64,000 bases of DNA from Carpediemonas membranifera BICM (GCA_019828565.1 JAHDYR010000003.1:722104-786103), one strand, 5' to 3'. Positions 21,578 through 33,154 are shown, numbered from the stretch's first letter. Translations and numbers: made by a program. The notes: generated by a model not told the origin, from the sequence alone.

Positions 21578-22440
21578 TCAATTAGCTTGCCCGGAGGCGA
21601 AGACTAGCGGCTGGTTAGCCGTAATTGGTGTATTGGGGTTATAGTTGGGAAGACGGGCTGGAGGTCTTGGATTTCTGAAAGCACTGGCTTGATACTGTGC
21701 ATCCGTCATGAGGCCGCAATCCAAGATGTTCTGTGCAGCAGTCTTGTCTCTGTGGGAGAGATTGAGCCAAGTGGTGGTAGTAGGATCGGAATTGAGGCGT
21801 TGCTTGTAGCTCTGGATCCGTTAAATCTCGAATGAACTACTTTAACCTGCGGGGCAGACCCAGCGATAAATATCACACTGCACCGCCTTCCCGTGGCTGA
21901 CCTGCGGTCAAGTAGAAATCTAACGATATCGTCATTTTGCACTTTAACCGCGATCTGGCGAGCGATGGGCGTTTGGCAAGACCTCGGTCATGCATAATCA
22001 ACAGCACGTGGGCGGGCGTTATCACCGATTTGGGCATCGCGGGCGCGCCACTGAGCACCACGGCACTGTGGATTTTCGCAGAGCATAACACGATGTGGGT
22101 GAACGTGCTGGTCATCACGCGGACGAACTCGCTTGTAGGTGGCGTGGCAGTGAGGGCAGACGACGGTGGTGCGATCCTCGTTAACCATGTTAAGATCGAC
22201 GACAATGTTATACCTCTTGAGAAGGGGAACTATCTCTCTCGCGAACTTTCGATATGGCGCGCAAGGAATGAACATACCAGCAGGCGTGGTGAATCCCGAG
22301 CTCCCGTAGAAGACTTTCAGGCGAATGGGGGTGGCGATGGGATGGTGGCGACGTGTGAGCGATTGTGATGTTGCAGCTGTGCTGACGTCCACGAAGAAGA
22401 CGCTTTGTGGAAGCCCTGGAGAAGACGATCTCCCTACCGA
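21578..22440 (-). pseudogene. Second, diverged Fanzor C-terminal relic interrupted by a ~220-bp insert
   Basis: CAPYRKFAR, VNEDRTTVVCPHC and CENPQC (to ~22045). After the insert, my translation of 21820-21578 gives WLNLSHRDKTAAQNIL...stop, matching LNLSHRDKSASENIL of copy 1. Confidence 0.85.
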
Positions 22441-22489
22441 CTTTAGACGTGAGTAGGAGGGAGACAGGGCAGTGTTGCGCAGTATAAAC

Positions 22490-22653
22490 ACATTGTTTGA
22501 CCCTTCAATAGCACAAGATGATTTACCTTAAAGTGCGAAGTCGCAAACTTTGCGGGAGGGACACCTGCCGTTGCGTTTCGAAGTGTGTCACAACCTTCAC
22601 ATTGATCGGTTTGACCCTTCAATAGCACAGCTTCGCGTTGGCTAAAGTGCGAA
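22490..22653. repeat. Imperfect tandem duplication (GTTTGACCCTTCAATAGCACA...TAAAGTGCGAA, two copies)
   Basis: Copies at ~22490-22539 and ~22599-22653, between the Fanzor relic and E2F. Confidence 0.8.
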
Positions 22654-22686
22654 ACACAGGGTTTGGTTAAACTGCATACGGGCTGG

Positions 22687-23773
22687 ATGACCGCATCCTT
22701 GCCAATAACAGTGAAGGAAGAAGGTGTATCACAGATGAAAACTCGAAATTCACTTCGTCAAAGCTCACAGCCTCCGACGGAAGCGTCACAAAATTCTCGA
22801 GCGATTGGCGGGAAATGTTCGTTTTGCGCTCATTCTTGAGCATCATCTTGATCAATATTCTCACACAGCATCCGCGTCAAACCTCGGGCAGATCTCTCGT
22901 CGCTTTGTAGAGATCCTGAGCAGCTCCCCCGAGCCACTCGACATTGCAGCCATCGCCAACAGCCTCGACATCAAGCAGCGCCGGATATACGACATCACGA
23001 ACGTCCTCGAGGGGTGTGGGTTTATTAAGAAGGAGGGGAAGAAGCGGTTGAAGTGGTGCGGCCCGGGGGCCTCCGCGATCGACCCATCAACCAGCGAGCT
23101 CGCCTCGGAGCTCAAGGCGATAGAGATGGACATAGCGCGTGCGAAGAACGATCTCCGCATGTTCTCTGAGTCCTTGCCATCCGAGGTCAGCCTCTGTGTC
23201 TCGCAGCAGGACGTGATCAGCTCAGCGACGGCCCTGTCCAACCGGACCAAGCCCAACTTCGAGGCAGCACCGCTTCTGATCGCAGCCACCCCTGTGAATG
23301 GCTCAGCAGACTCGATGCTTGCGGCGAACGACTCCGACGACGAGGTCGACCGGTCGGACCTCGCGATCTTGGGGATCCGGGCAGCACCGGGCAGCGAGAT
23401 GATCCTTTCCACCCTGAATGACAACGGGGACCGGTACGCCATCGACTTGAAGTCAGACGAACCGATCCACTGCATCGTTCTGTCCGAGTCCCAGCCGTCG
23501 GATAGACCCGATGCTGGGGCCGAGAATCGTCTGGACGCCCTCACTGAGCTTACAGGCGACCTCCCCATCTCCGGCCGGGTCGGTGTTGAGGACATCGCCC
23601 AGACCTTCGCCAGCCAGGCCCCACCGCGGCAGCTGAACATCCCTGATATGAGTTTGAATGAATCACTGGCTATGTCGGACATGACCATGGTCGGTGGCGT
23701 CGGCATGGGCTCGTTCCTGGGCGGGGACGACGTGACCGAGTTTGACTCGTTCCTGCTCGAGTCGATGCGGTGA
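22687..23773 (+). CDS. E2F: E2F-family transcription factor; 52-nt intron 22817-22868
   Basis: LGQISRRF...QRRIYDITNVLEGCGFIKK..K.RLKW DNA-binding domain. Intron GTTCGT...CTCACACAG links ATG 22687 in frame. Confidence 0.88.
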
Positions 23774-24055
23774 GGGCCGGGTGCCAGTCGCCGCGTTATT
23801 TGTAAATCTTGCTCAGCTGTCTCCACCGTTCCTGCTAACCGCTGGCAGCCCAAGCATGCCTGCTTGACTATGCCTCGCCTGTTTGAGCCTGAGGGTCCAG
23901 CCGGCCGTCCGACTGGCAGTTTATGAAGCCACCGCCTCCGGTCGACCCTGGCTAGGAGCTGCCCGGCAGTCGCGTCTCGACACCACCGCCGTTGACTGGA
24001 GACGCGGCTAACATGCGCGGTCCTCGCAGAATGCCGACTTTCAACGAAGAACAAG

Positions 24056-24770
24056 ATGTCCTATGACGATGGCCGCTATCACTACTCGTTTAAGATCGCC
24101 CTGCTAGGTCCCAATGGCGTCGGCAAGACCGATGTGCTGACGCACCACCTCCAAACAGAGAACAGCAGTTCGTTTATCCCCATACGCTCACGCAGGCGCA
24201 CCAGCTACCATCCACCACATCGAGTGCGGCATTTCGTACGTTGTGAAGGATGTATCAGCGCTTGGGAGGCTCTATCGTGTCCAGTACTGGGACGTCCAGT
24301 CCGCCGAGCACTACATGACGCAAGTTGCGCGCGTCTGCCGCGGAGCAGCAGGCTATGTCTTCGTCTTCGACATCACGGACCGCAAGTCCTTTGAGATTAC
24401 GAAGCGGCTCGCCCAGCTGTTCGAGCACACCGGCCCTGTCGTGAAGAAGGTCCTCATCGGCAACAAATGCGACCTCGAGAGCCAGCGCGAGGTGTCCAAA
24501 GCCGAGGCCGAGGACCTCGTGTCCCAGTACAAGAGCAGCGGCATGGTTCAGTACTTCGAGACGAGCGGCGTCAGCGGGCAGGGCGTGTACGAGGCGTTTA
24601 CCCTGCTGCACACAGAGATCTTCGGCACAATCCCGAAGCACCCGGACCCAGAGCTCCTGCTGCAGCGTGGAGTGAGGCTGGGGAAGAGATGGTATGGGGC
24701 AGGCGGGGAGGAGTTCGAGGCACACAACTTCAAGGTCGATGACACGACGAAGAAGGTGGATTGGATGTGA
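24056..24770 (+). CDS. Divergent Rab-like small GTPase, copy 1; 28-nt intron 24168-24195
   Basis: FKIALLGPNGVGKT, WDVQS, NKCD and ETSG. The intron joins ORFs 24056 and 24243 in frame. Confidence 0.88.
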
Positions 24771-24990
24771 GCGGAGGCTGCGGAGCTTTTTGACGAATGC
24801 CTTTTGAGATGGAGGTCTTTACTACCATCTTTTTTAAACTGCACTTCTCATGCCTTATTCTGCACATTCGTCACGATGCCGTGCCACCGTGACGGACCTA
24901 ATATCGCACTTTAACGCAGAAACAAAATCAGCTTAAACTGTTGACTGTGGTTTTATTTTATCAATACGCACGTTATGTCGCCTGCACTCG

Positions 24991-26045
24991 TCATGGTGAC
25001 TTCGTACACACCGAAAGCTGCTTCACAATGAAAGTGACAAGACGACCGCCCTGTTTTGGCTCCCGCACCTCCATCTCCGAACCAATCCCCGCAAACTGAG
25101 CCGGGTCTGACTCATTCTCGTCAATCTCCGCGTTGGTTGGCGCCGCATGCGGGGCAACGATCAAATGTCGATCAGAAGTTGTAACTCTGACTCCAAGTCG
25201 CCATAAATCATCAAGGAATATCTTCCTGACGTACCTGCAGTCAAGCAGCTCCCCATATTTCACGGTCTGGAGGTACCGCACGAGACGTTTCATCGACTGC
25301 GGGTACCGGGAGGTCTCAAACGACTCTATGAACGCTGCCTTCTTCAACCCAGCCACCTTGATTCCATCACCGTGCTTCCATGGCAGCCTTCCATCCATCA
25401 GCTCGATCAGGGAGAACAACAGTGACCAATAATCGTCGCGGGGGCCCAGGTCCGCCTCGGCGTGGGCGTTGGGGGAGGCATAGAGGATGCTGCCCCGGAA
25501 CCCGGGCTTGGGTCGGGCGGGAATCAGTCCGGTCTTGCTGGCGAATGTCCTGGCGATACCGAAGTCAATCAGATAGAGGCGATGCTTCTTCGAGCTGAGC
25601 GCGAAGTTCGACTGGGTGAGTGCTGGCTGCGGGGACAGACGTTTTTGATGTCCCTGTGGACGACACCGTACTGGTGTATGCTGAAGAGGCAGGCGTTCAT
25701 CGCAATGGCGATGCGGAGGACGCCGGCCATGGGGATGTTCTGGTTGTCGGCATGGGTGCGGATCTGGGACATTGAGGGGCCAAGGAGCTTCATGACGAGT
25801 ACTCCACGGTCGCCTTCCGTCACGAAACGGTTGTATCGAGGAATACATGAGGTGACGCTTCCAAGCCGATAGAGGAGGTTCGCTTCGTGGCGTAGGGCCT
25901 CGACGTGGCGATCACTCACCTTGCAGGCGACCTTCTCGTTCGAATCAATGTCAAATGCTTTGTAGACGTTGCCAAAGCCGCCTTGGCCGACCATCTCGAG
26001 AACCTGGTAGCGGCCGGCGATTACATCGTCCTTTGAGAACACCAT
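24991..26045 (-). CDS. CK1-group / tau-tubulin kinase-like kinase; 29-nt intron 25640-25612
   Basis: GQGGFG, VACK, HRDIKN|SNF, DFGIAR, GFRGSILYASPNAH and RDDYWSL. Confidence 0.9.
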
Positions 26046-26539
26046 TGTGCTACTATACCGAGTATCGCTGTAGAATCATGGATATATACGAACTTCACCT
26101 TGTCATTCACCCATCTTTCCTACAGCGACAAAATGCTCTTGGTCGTTTCGGAAAGGACACTCAGACCTGAGCTGAAGGGCCATTTCTTAGTGTATGGCGG
26201 GGTCATACTGTCTGTCTGAGCAGCGCAGTATTTGTAGTTGATGAACACGGCGCAATCATTTCGTCAGATTTGGTCAATTTGACACAACCTCCAGAAATGT
26301 GCCACACACAATGCATGCTGTCCCTTAACCCGCCTGGATGCCCCGTAATTGACCATTTCGAGAAGTCAATTTTTGTGATCGTTGAACCGTTATTGACCGA
26401 GATCAAGGCCAAACTACACAGAAGTGATACAATGGGCTGGGCGATGCTTCCACGGCCTTGGCGTGGCTGAATACTCGTCAAGGGCCCGAGATTCTGACAA
26501 AAGATTCGCAGTCGAAAGAACACGTTCGAGGCAAGGTTA

Positions 26540-28018
26540 ATGAATCTGGGGGCGAAACAGCTAATTTCACCCGCCAAATTGCGTCAGAACAAGCCGATAT
26601 ACCGCAAGTATGTCAGTACTCGCTTGCTCCGCCATTTGGCAATGAAAGTAGACGAGGAGCGCGCCAAGAACATTACTCGCCTTCAGAAGGCAGAAGATGC
26701 GTTCAGGTCCTTCATGCCAAGCTGCAAAATCGTGGTCCAAGGCTCTTACTACGCCCAATACGCCACCGCGGACAGTGATTTAGACCTCGTGCTCTTGGAC
26801 GACACCGAGCTTCCCGTCCTGATGCAGCAGATGCAGGCCCAGCTCGGCCCCACGACTACTGCTAAGGAGATACGCTTTGTGAATGCCCGAACTCCTCTGG
26901 TCACCTTGATTATTGAGGACGTACTCGTGCAGATCTCGGCCGCCCAGCCGCACGCCCTATCCAACACCAAGCGACTCACCCGCATGCTCAGCTCAGCCCC
27001 GCAGGTGGCCTTCCCCACCCTCTGTATTCTTAAGCACGTGCTCGGCTGTATCAGCCTGAACATCCCCTCCTGGGCAGCCAGTCTCACCATGATCCGCATG
27101 TTCGAAGGGGGAACGCTCCCGGACGTATCGGACCCGGTGGAGATGCTCAGCAGCATTCTAGAGCAGCTCATAGCCAAGCCCTCGATCCTCTTTGGTCATG
27201 GTGCGACGCGCCAGTCGACGGGTCAGATACACGACCTCGAGTACGAAGGCGAGACGAAGGTCATTGGGCCGACTATTAAGATCGGAGACCTGCTGGACGT
27301 CCTCGAATTTGTTGATGAAGAATTGCATTCAGCGGCTGAAGCGGTGCCTGCAGAGGACCCACCGACCGCCGTTCTTCAGACAATCGAAGACGTTTTGCTC
27401 ACCACGACTGCATCTACAGCTACTATAGTCGGGCCACACGGCTACGGGCTCGCATTTACGGGTGATACGGTCGAGATCGATTCAGAGATGCCTCAATGCG
27501 CTGACATCCAAGCATGCGTCAGAGAGGTCGTCGCTGGGCTTAAAACTGCGTTCCGAGTCGACCCTGTGGTTGACGGGACGCTGATCATGATTAACGTGTC
27601 TGGGAACATCTTCCAGCTCAACCTTGACCCACTGACCTGTCGGTGGCAGTGGACAAACTGGATTTACCGGACCTTGCAGCTTAATACCGACGAATTTAGG
27701 GCGGCAGTACTCAAGTTCATGTCTGCTTTCGTCGATGTAATCTCGCCAGCCTTCCCAACGGAGGCGGCCGCCCTACTAGCAATGCTCGTTCTCCGCGTCG
27801 ACAACGTCATCGGTGGAATCAGCAACCAGCCAACGTCAGCCAAGCCGAAAGATGACTATTTCGTAGATATGCGGGATGTTTTTGATCGGATGGTTGATCG
27901 GGTCGTCAGCAATGGCGGCCAATCCTTCTGGTATGTCGAGACACCCGACAAGTTGACTCAATACAAGTTGTACCGCTGGCAGCTTAGAGAGGTCATCGGT
28001 CGGATGAAGAGAATGTGA
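26540..28018 (+). CDS. Non-canonical poly(A) polymerase/TUTase-like nucleotidyltransferase
   Basis: GSYYAQYATADSDLDLV and VNARTPLV; a second degenerate NTase-like segment GPHGYGLAFTGDTVEI. Confidence 0.7.
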   Translation: MNLGAKQLISPAKLRQNKPIYRKYVSTRLLRHLAMKVDEERAKNITRLQKAEDAFRSFMPSCKIVVQGSYYAQYATADSDLDLVLLDDTELPVLMQQMQAQLGPTTTAKEIRFVNARTPLVTLIIEDVLVQISAAQPHALSNTKRLTRMLSSAPQVAFPTLCILKHVLGCISLNIPSWAASLTMIRMFEGGTLPDVSDPVEMLSSILEQLIAKPSILFGHGATRQSTGQIHDLEYEGETKVIGPTIKIGDLLDVLEFVDEELHSAAEAVPAEDPPTAVLQTIEDVLLTTTASTATIVGPHGYGLAFTGDTVEIDSEMPQCADIQACVREVVAGLKTAFRVDPVVDGTLIMINVSGNIFQLNLDPLTCRWQWTNWIYRTLQLNTDEFRAAVLKFMSAFVDVISPAFPTEAAALLAMLVLRVDNVIGGISNQPTSAKPKDDYFVDMRDVFDRMVDRVVSNGGQSFWYVETPDKLTQYKLYRWQLREVIGRMKRM

Positions 28019-28149
28019 CTTGCATATATCGCTAAATATTTGGTTTAAGAGTTTTAAAACGGCTGTTACAGATGCAAACCGGTAGTTCCGGGTTGGACGA
28101 GCAACTCCACTCCTGCCTTACGCTCTGCCCAACCATGCCGTGGATGCAT

Positions 28150-29246
28150 TCGTTCCTGGGTGGGGACGACGTGACCGAGTTTGACTCGTTCCTGCTCGAG
28201 TCGATGCGGTGAGGGCCGGGTGCCAGTCGCCGCGTTATTTGTAAATCTTGCTCAGCTGTCTCCACCGTTCCTGCTAACCGCTGGCAGCCCAAGCATGCCT
28301 GCTTGACTATGCCTCGCCTGTTTGAGCCTGAGGGTCCAGCCGGCCGTCCGACTGGCAGTTTATGAAGCCACCGCCTCCGGTCGACCCTGGCTAGGAGCTG
28401 CCCGGCAGTCGCGTCTCGACACCACCGCCGTTGACTGGAGACGCGGCTAACATGCGCGGTCCTCGCAGAATGCCGACTTTCAACGAAGAACAAGATGTCC
28501 TATGACGATGGCCGCTATCACTACTCGTTTAAGATCGCCCTGCTAGGTCCCAATGGCGTCGGCAAGACCGATGTGCTGACGCACCACCTCCAAACAGAGA
28601 ACAGCAGTTCGTTTATCCCCATACGCTCACGCAGGCGCACCAGCTACCATCCACCACATCGAGTGCGGCATTTCGTACGTTGTGAAGGATGTATCAGCGC
28701 TTGGGAGGCTCTATCGTGTCCAGTACTGGGACGTCCAGTCCGCCGAGCACTACATGACGCAAGTTGCGCGCGTCTGCCGCGGAGCAGCAGGCTATGTCTT
28801 CGTCTTCGACATCACGGACCGCAAGTCCTTTGAGATTACGAAGCGGCTCGCCCAGCTGTTCGAGCACACCGGCCCTGTCGTGAAGAAGGTCCTCATCGGC
28901 AACAAATGCGACCTCGAGAGCCAGCGCGAGGTGTCCAAAGCCGAGGCCGAGGACCTCGTGTCCCAGTACAAGAGCAGCGGCATGGTTCAGTACTTCGAGA
29001 CGAGCGGCGTCAGCGGGCAGGGCGTGTACGAGGCGTTTACCCTGCTGCACACAGAGATCTTCGGCACAATCCCGAAGCACCCGGACCCAGAGCTCCTGCT
29101 GCAGCGTGGAGTGAGGCTGGGGAAGAGATGGTATGGGGCAGGCGGGGAGGAGTTCGAGGCACACAACTTCAAGGTCGATGACACGACGAAGAAGGTGGAT
29201 TGGATGTGAGCGGAGGCTGCGGAGCTTTTTGACGAATGCCTTTTGA
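28150..29246 (+). repeat. ~1.1-kb near-identical duplication of 23711-24807
   Basis: Constant offset of 4439 bp. Includes the E2F 3' end, the intergenic DNA and the whole Rab-like gene. Confidence 0.95.
28495..29209 (+). CDS. Divergent Rab-like small GTPase, copy 2; intron 28607-28634
   Basis: Translations are identical to copy 1. Confidence 0.88.
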
Positions 29247-29340
29247 TGGAGATCTCAATTATCTCAACCATAAACGTTTGGCTCAAAATTTTGGCCAAAA
29301 CTGACAAAACTATCGAACGAAATCTGCCAGTGCCGTAGGA

Positions 29341-30633
29341 ATGTCGGATACTGACGAATCGATAAACCTCAGCATCGCAGAGGAAGAAGCTAACGAGATT
29401 GAGCGCTCAGAACTCCACGAAGCAGCCCTTTTCAACGATACTGAGCGCTGCCAATCTCTCATCGACGAAGGCGCGGATGTGAACGCTGTAGACTCCCAAG
29501 GACAAACTCCGCTCATGAACACACTCTCTGGGCCAACATGGAGTTTCCAAGCCGCCGCAGTTCTTGCTACCGCCCCCGACGCGGACCTAACGATCGCCGA
29601 TAAGAACGGCGACACCGCCCTCCACCATGCCTGCGACGACGATGCCTTCACTCTCTTCAAACAGCTTGTCGACGCCTGCCCAGAGGCACTGAACATGTAC
29701 AACGCCGTTGGGGACTCGCCCATCCACATGTGCGCGCGGCAGAATGCACAGAATTGCCTCGCTTTCCTGGTTACTGAGTGCAACGTCGACATTGACATGC
29801 GCACCCTCGGCAGCAAGAACACGCCGCTGCACTTGGCCCTGCTAGTGGGCAACGTTGACCTCGCCGTCGACCTCCTTGCCCGCGGGTCATCCTGGTCTAG
29901 CATGAACCGCACGGGGCAGACGGTGCTGCACTACGCCGTGACATTTGCCACAAACACGGACATCGTTAAGCTGCTCCTGCGGGACTATCAGGCGGACGTG
30001 GATGTGACGGACGCCCAGGGCAAGACTCCGCTCTTCCTGGCCGCTAGAAACGCCCACTGCCCCGCGGAGATGTGCGAGCTGCTCATCAGCTTCGGGTCCG
30101 ACGCCAACAAAACGAACGAGGAGGGCGAGACGCCGCTGCTGTGGGCGAGCGGGCTGGCCGCTATCCGGGTCCTCGTAGACCGGGGTGACTCAAAGCTGAC
30201 CGCCAGGGCACACAACGGCACGAACATCCTGCACGGCATGGCCCACTTTGGTGATGCGGAGGCAGTCGACTTTGTGCTTGCCCGCCTCAGAACGGCCGAC
30301 AGACTCGGGTCCGGCGAAGGCAAGCTCGACCTCAACGGGGAGGCGGGGCCTGACAGGAACACGCCCCTGCACACCGCCGTGATCGGGGCCAACCAGAAGG
30401 TGCACGCGGGCGAGGGCTACGATGGTCACGTGCGCGTCGCCTCGCTCTTGATCGCGGAAGGCGCCGACCCGACCAAGACTAACGCCGCAGGGGAGACCGC
30501 GGTGGAGCTTGCCGCCCGCTTCTGGCTTGGCCGCATGCGCCGTGTTCTCTCGAGCACGGACGGCATGGCTGGGGCGAACGAGGTCATCGACAACCGGAAG
30601 TGGTGGCAGAAACTGCTGCCCTGCCTCATGTGA
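29341..30633 (+). CDS. Ankyrin-repeat protein
   Basis: Repeated G.TPLH/TALH motifs. Confidence 0.92.
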   Translation: MSDTDESINLSIAEEEANEIERSELHEAALFNDTERCQSLIDEGADVNAVDSQGQTPLMNTLSGPTWSFQAAAVLATAPDADLTIADKNGDTALHHACDDDAFTLFKQLVDACPEALNMYNAVGDSPIHMCARQNAQNCLAFLVTECNVDIDMRTLGSKNTPLHLALLVGNVDLAVDLLARGSSWSSMNRTGQTVLHYAVTFATNTDIVKLLLRDYQADVDVTDAQGKTPLFLAARNAHCPAEMCELLISFGSDANKTNEEGETPLLWASGLAAIRVLVDRGDSKLTARAHNGTNILHGMAHFGDAEAVDFVLARLRTADRLGSGEGKLDLNGEAGPDRNTPLHTAVIGANQKVHAGEGYDGHVRVASLLIAEGADPTKTNAAGETAVELAARFWLGRMRRVLSSTDGMAGANEVIDNRKWWQKLLPCLM

Positions 30634-30746
30634 GGGGCTGAAGAGCTAGCAGTATCACGCCGCACGGGCCATCTCGGCCAGTAAAGAGTTTTTACGGTTG
30701 CTTGACCCCTTTACTTGAACCATAATTCGAAATTCCAGCAAACTAC

Positions 30747-32507
30747 ATGCAGGATCCTGTCCAATACCTCCTCTCCTGCTCTAATGAAGTGAGGATATGG
30801 GACTTCTCGAACAAAAAGGCCCCTTATGTGCTCTGCAATGCCCCAGAGGCCGCCCACAAGTCAAAACCAGTGAATGGCGTTGTCTGGACGTCCAATAACT
30901 GTGTATGCGTGTCAGCTGGCAGCGATGGCCATGTTGCCTTGACACTGCTTCGTCCCAAGAAGAGCCCCACGATTGTAACAGCCCCTTCGTTGCTCATCCC
31001 CTCGATGCAAATGGAGGAAGCTGCCATCCCGAGGCCTCTCCGCGCCGTCTCCATCACCCAGAACTCACGCTTCCTGGTCTCCGGTGGCGATTCGAACGAG
31101 CTCTACATCTATTCTCTCAAGACCAAGCGTATGCAGGACGTCTTGACCATCCACCAGAGCCCCATCACCGCGGTCGCCAGCTCGCCCTCAGTGGACATGA
31201 CGCGCACTCAGTCAGAGGACCATATTGCCTCGGGAGACGACTCGGGCAAGGTAGCAGTCACCCGCATTGTCTACGACGACGCGACGAAGCAGGTGCTGGA
31301 CCAGACCGTGACGTCTCTGTCGTCCCACCCCAACAAGGTCACCGCACTGTCATTCGGACCCACTCCCACCCAGCCCCAGCTCCTGGCATCAGACGCCCTG
31401 GGCCTCGTCACGTTGTACACCTGCACGAGCGGCGTGTGGCGCGAGACGGGGAGACACGCCCGCCATGACGGGTCCTGTGTTGCGTGCTTCATGGCGAGTA
31501 GTAGTTCAGACATTAGCGGTCACTATATTGCCTCGGCTGGCTCCGACGGTCATGTGTGCGTGTCCACGGTCAGCGATCTTGCAGATATCGGCCACAAGAG
31601 GAAGCCTTTCTTCGACCACTATATTCCTGGAAAGAGATTCACGTCTATCGCTGCCAGAGGGTCAATTTTGGCAGTCGGGACCGACTCTGGCGAGGTCTTC
31701 GCGCTCGACATGACCGCTGGCGGGTCAGACGCGGTCCTCCTGGCGCGTTTCAACGAGAATCCCTCCAGACTTCCCGTCAAGCAGCTTTCGTTCAGCACCA
31801 TGCGTGTCCCTGCTGGCGTGCGTCCGGGCGTCTCGGCCCGAGGCCCACAGCACTTGATGCCGCGGCAGCCGTACCAGTCGGTCTCGCCGATCAAGATCAG
31901 CCCCATTGGCCGCAAGCTGGACTCGGGGCGGTCCTCAGCAGAGCCCAGTGGTCCGCTGAGTCTGAAGACCTCCCCCCAGGACGAGCAGGGCTCCGTCCGT
32001 ATGGCCATCCCCCGGGCCTCCGTTGACACCATCCCCTCGGGCAAGTCGGCTGGGTCTGTTTACGAGAGGTCGCCCATCAGACCCGTGCCGGCGGCCCCGT
32101 CGACCGTGAGCGCCAGACATACCCCAGCGGCGGGGGTCATTGATATCCGCCCGGCCCGGCCGCTGGAGCCCACCAGGCTCGGGTTGGAGTCGGCGGGGGA
32201 TGCGGAGATGGCGGAGTCCGAAAAGACTCCGAGCGAGACGAAGGAGCGCACACCGCTTGAGGGGATGGACGGGGGTTGTCGGCCGCCCCAACTGATGGAG
32301 CTGCTCAAGATGGTGGCCGTGGGGCAGAAGGACATCCAGGAGAAGCTGGAGCTGGTTCTGGGGAAGATTGAGGACATGGAGGACCGGCTCTCCAAGGTTG
32401 AGTCGATCTCTGGTCAGGTCAAGGCCCAGCTGGCCAAGGCGGGCGACACCGGGGCTGAGGTTCGGACCCGGTCGGACCTCGAGCAGGAGCTCTGGAGCTT
32501 GGTCTGA
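30747..32507 (+). CDS. NEDD1: WD40 protein, NEDD1/GCP-WD-like
   Basis: N-terminal WD40 (VRIWD, WTSNN, FLVSGG..N.LYIYSLKTKR, IASGDDSG), disordered linker and C-terminal coiled coil. Confidence 0.65.
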   Translation: MQDPVQYLLSCSNEVRIWDFSNKKAPYVLCNAPEAAHKSKPVNGVVWTSNNCVCVSAGSDGHVALTLLRPKKSPTIVTAPSLLIPSMQMEEAAIPRPLRAVSITQNSRFLVSGGDSNELYIYSLKTKRMQDVLTIHQSPITAVASSPSVDMTRTQSEDHIASGDDSGKVAVTRIVYDDATKQVLDQTVTSLSSHPNKVTALSFGPTPTQPQLLASDALGLVTLYTCTSGVWRETGRHARHDGSCVACFMASSSSDISGHYIASAGSDGHVCVSTVSDLADIGHKRKPFFDHYIPGKRFTSIAARGSILAVGTDSGEVFALDMTAGGSDAVLLARFNENPSRLPVKQLSFSTMRVPAGVRPGVSARGPQHLMPRQPYQSVSPIKISPIGRKLDSGRSSAEPSGPLSLKTSPQDEQGSVRMAIPRASVDTIPSGKSAGSVYERSPIRPVPAAPSTVSARHTPAAGVIDIRPARPLEPTRLGLESAGDAEMAESEKTPSETKERTPLEGMDGGCRPPQLMELLKMVAVGQKDIQEKLELVLGKIEDMEDRLSKVESISGQVKAQLAKAGDTGAEVRTRSDLEQELWSLV

Positions 32508-32823
32508 GAGGTGCGTTGTATCATAAATGAGGTCGCGTGGCGAAGTATCTTCTTGATCGTCTTCACCTATTGAGGGCATGACAGATGTGTGTTGGCCGAC
32601 AACTCGGGAATGTCGGCGTGAGTGCCAGGAATCCGCACGCAACACAGGCTCTCACCTAGCGTTGCTAAAAAAGCAGATCAGAGTGCTGACGGCTTGTACA
32701 GTCGAGTGCAGTTTAGGGAACCGATCTCAGGTTGGCTGCAAAAATCGCTGGAAATGTCTGAGAAAATTGGGACCATTTGTAGAGGAAAAGCGTTGAAACT
32801 GGGCGCAGCGCAGCCTTGTTGCC

Positions 32824-33087
32824 TGTCATGATCGGCGGCTATGGCGGCAACCTCAATGTCGAGCGCGTAACAGACGAGCACAGACGCGAAAGAAGACAGC
32901 AGCGTTCGACACAGACGATGGACGACGCATCTTTTCGTGCAGACCGACGACTGAAAGCACGAAAGCCCGATGGTACAGACGAGGGCTGAAGTGGGTGAGT
33001 GGAGGTAGTGTGCTGCGCAGGATTAGAATTGTTCAGTCTAAAAGCCTAAGTCACCGTTACATGAATCCTCCACATAAACCCTCTAAA
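32824..33087 (-). mobile_element. Internally deleted non-coding derivative of the Fanzor element
   Basis: Reverse complement of 228-454 joined to 1210-1246 at a GCTC microhomology. Confidence 0.9.
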
Positions 33088-33154
33088 CCCCCAGTAAACA
33101 TCTCATCACACTGCTGATGGGCAAAACTGCATTTTGCGATCAACGTTAACGACC

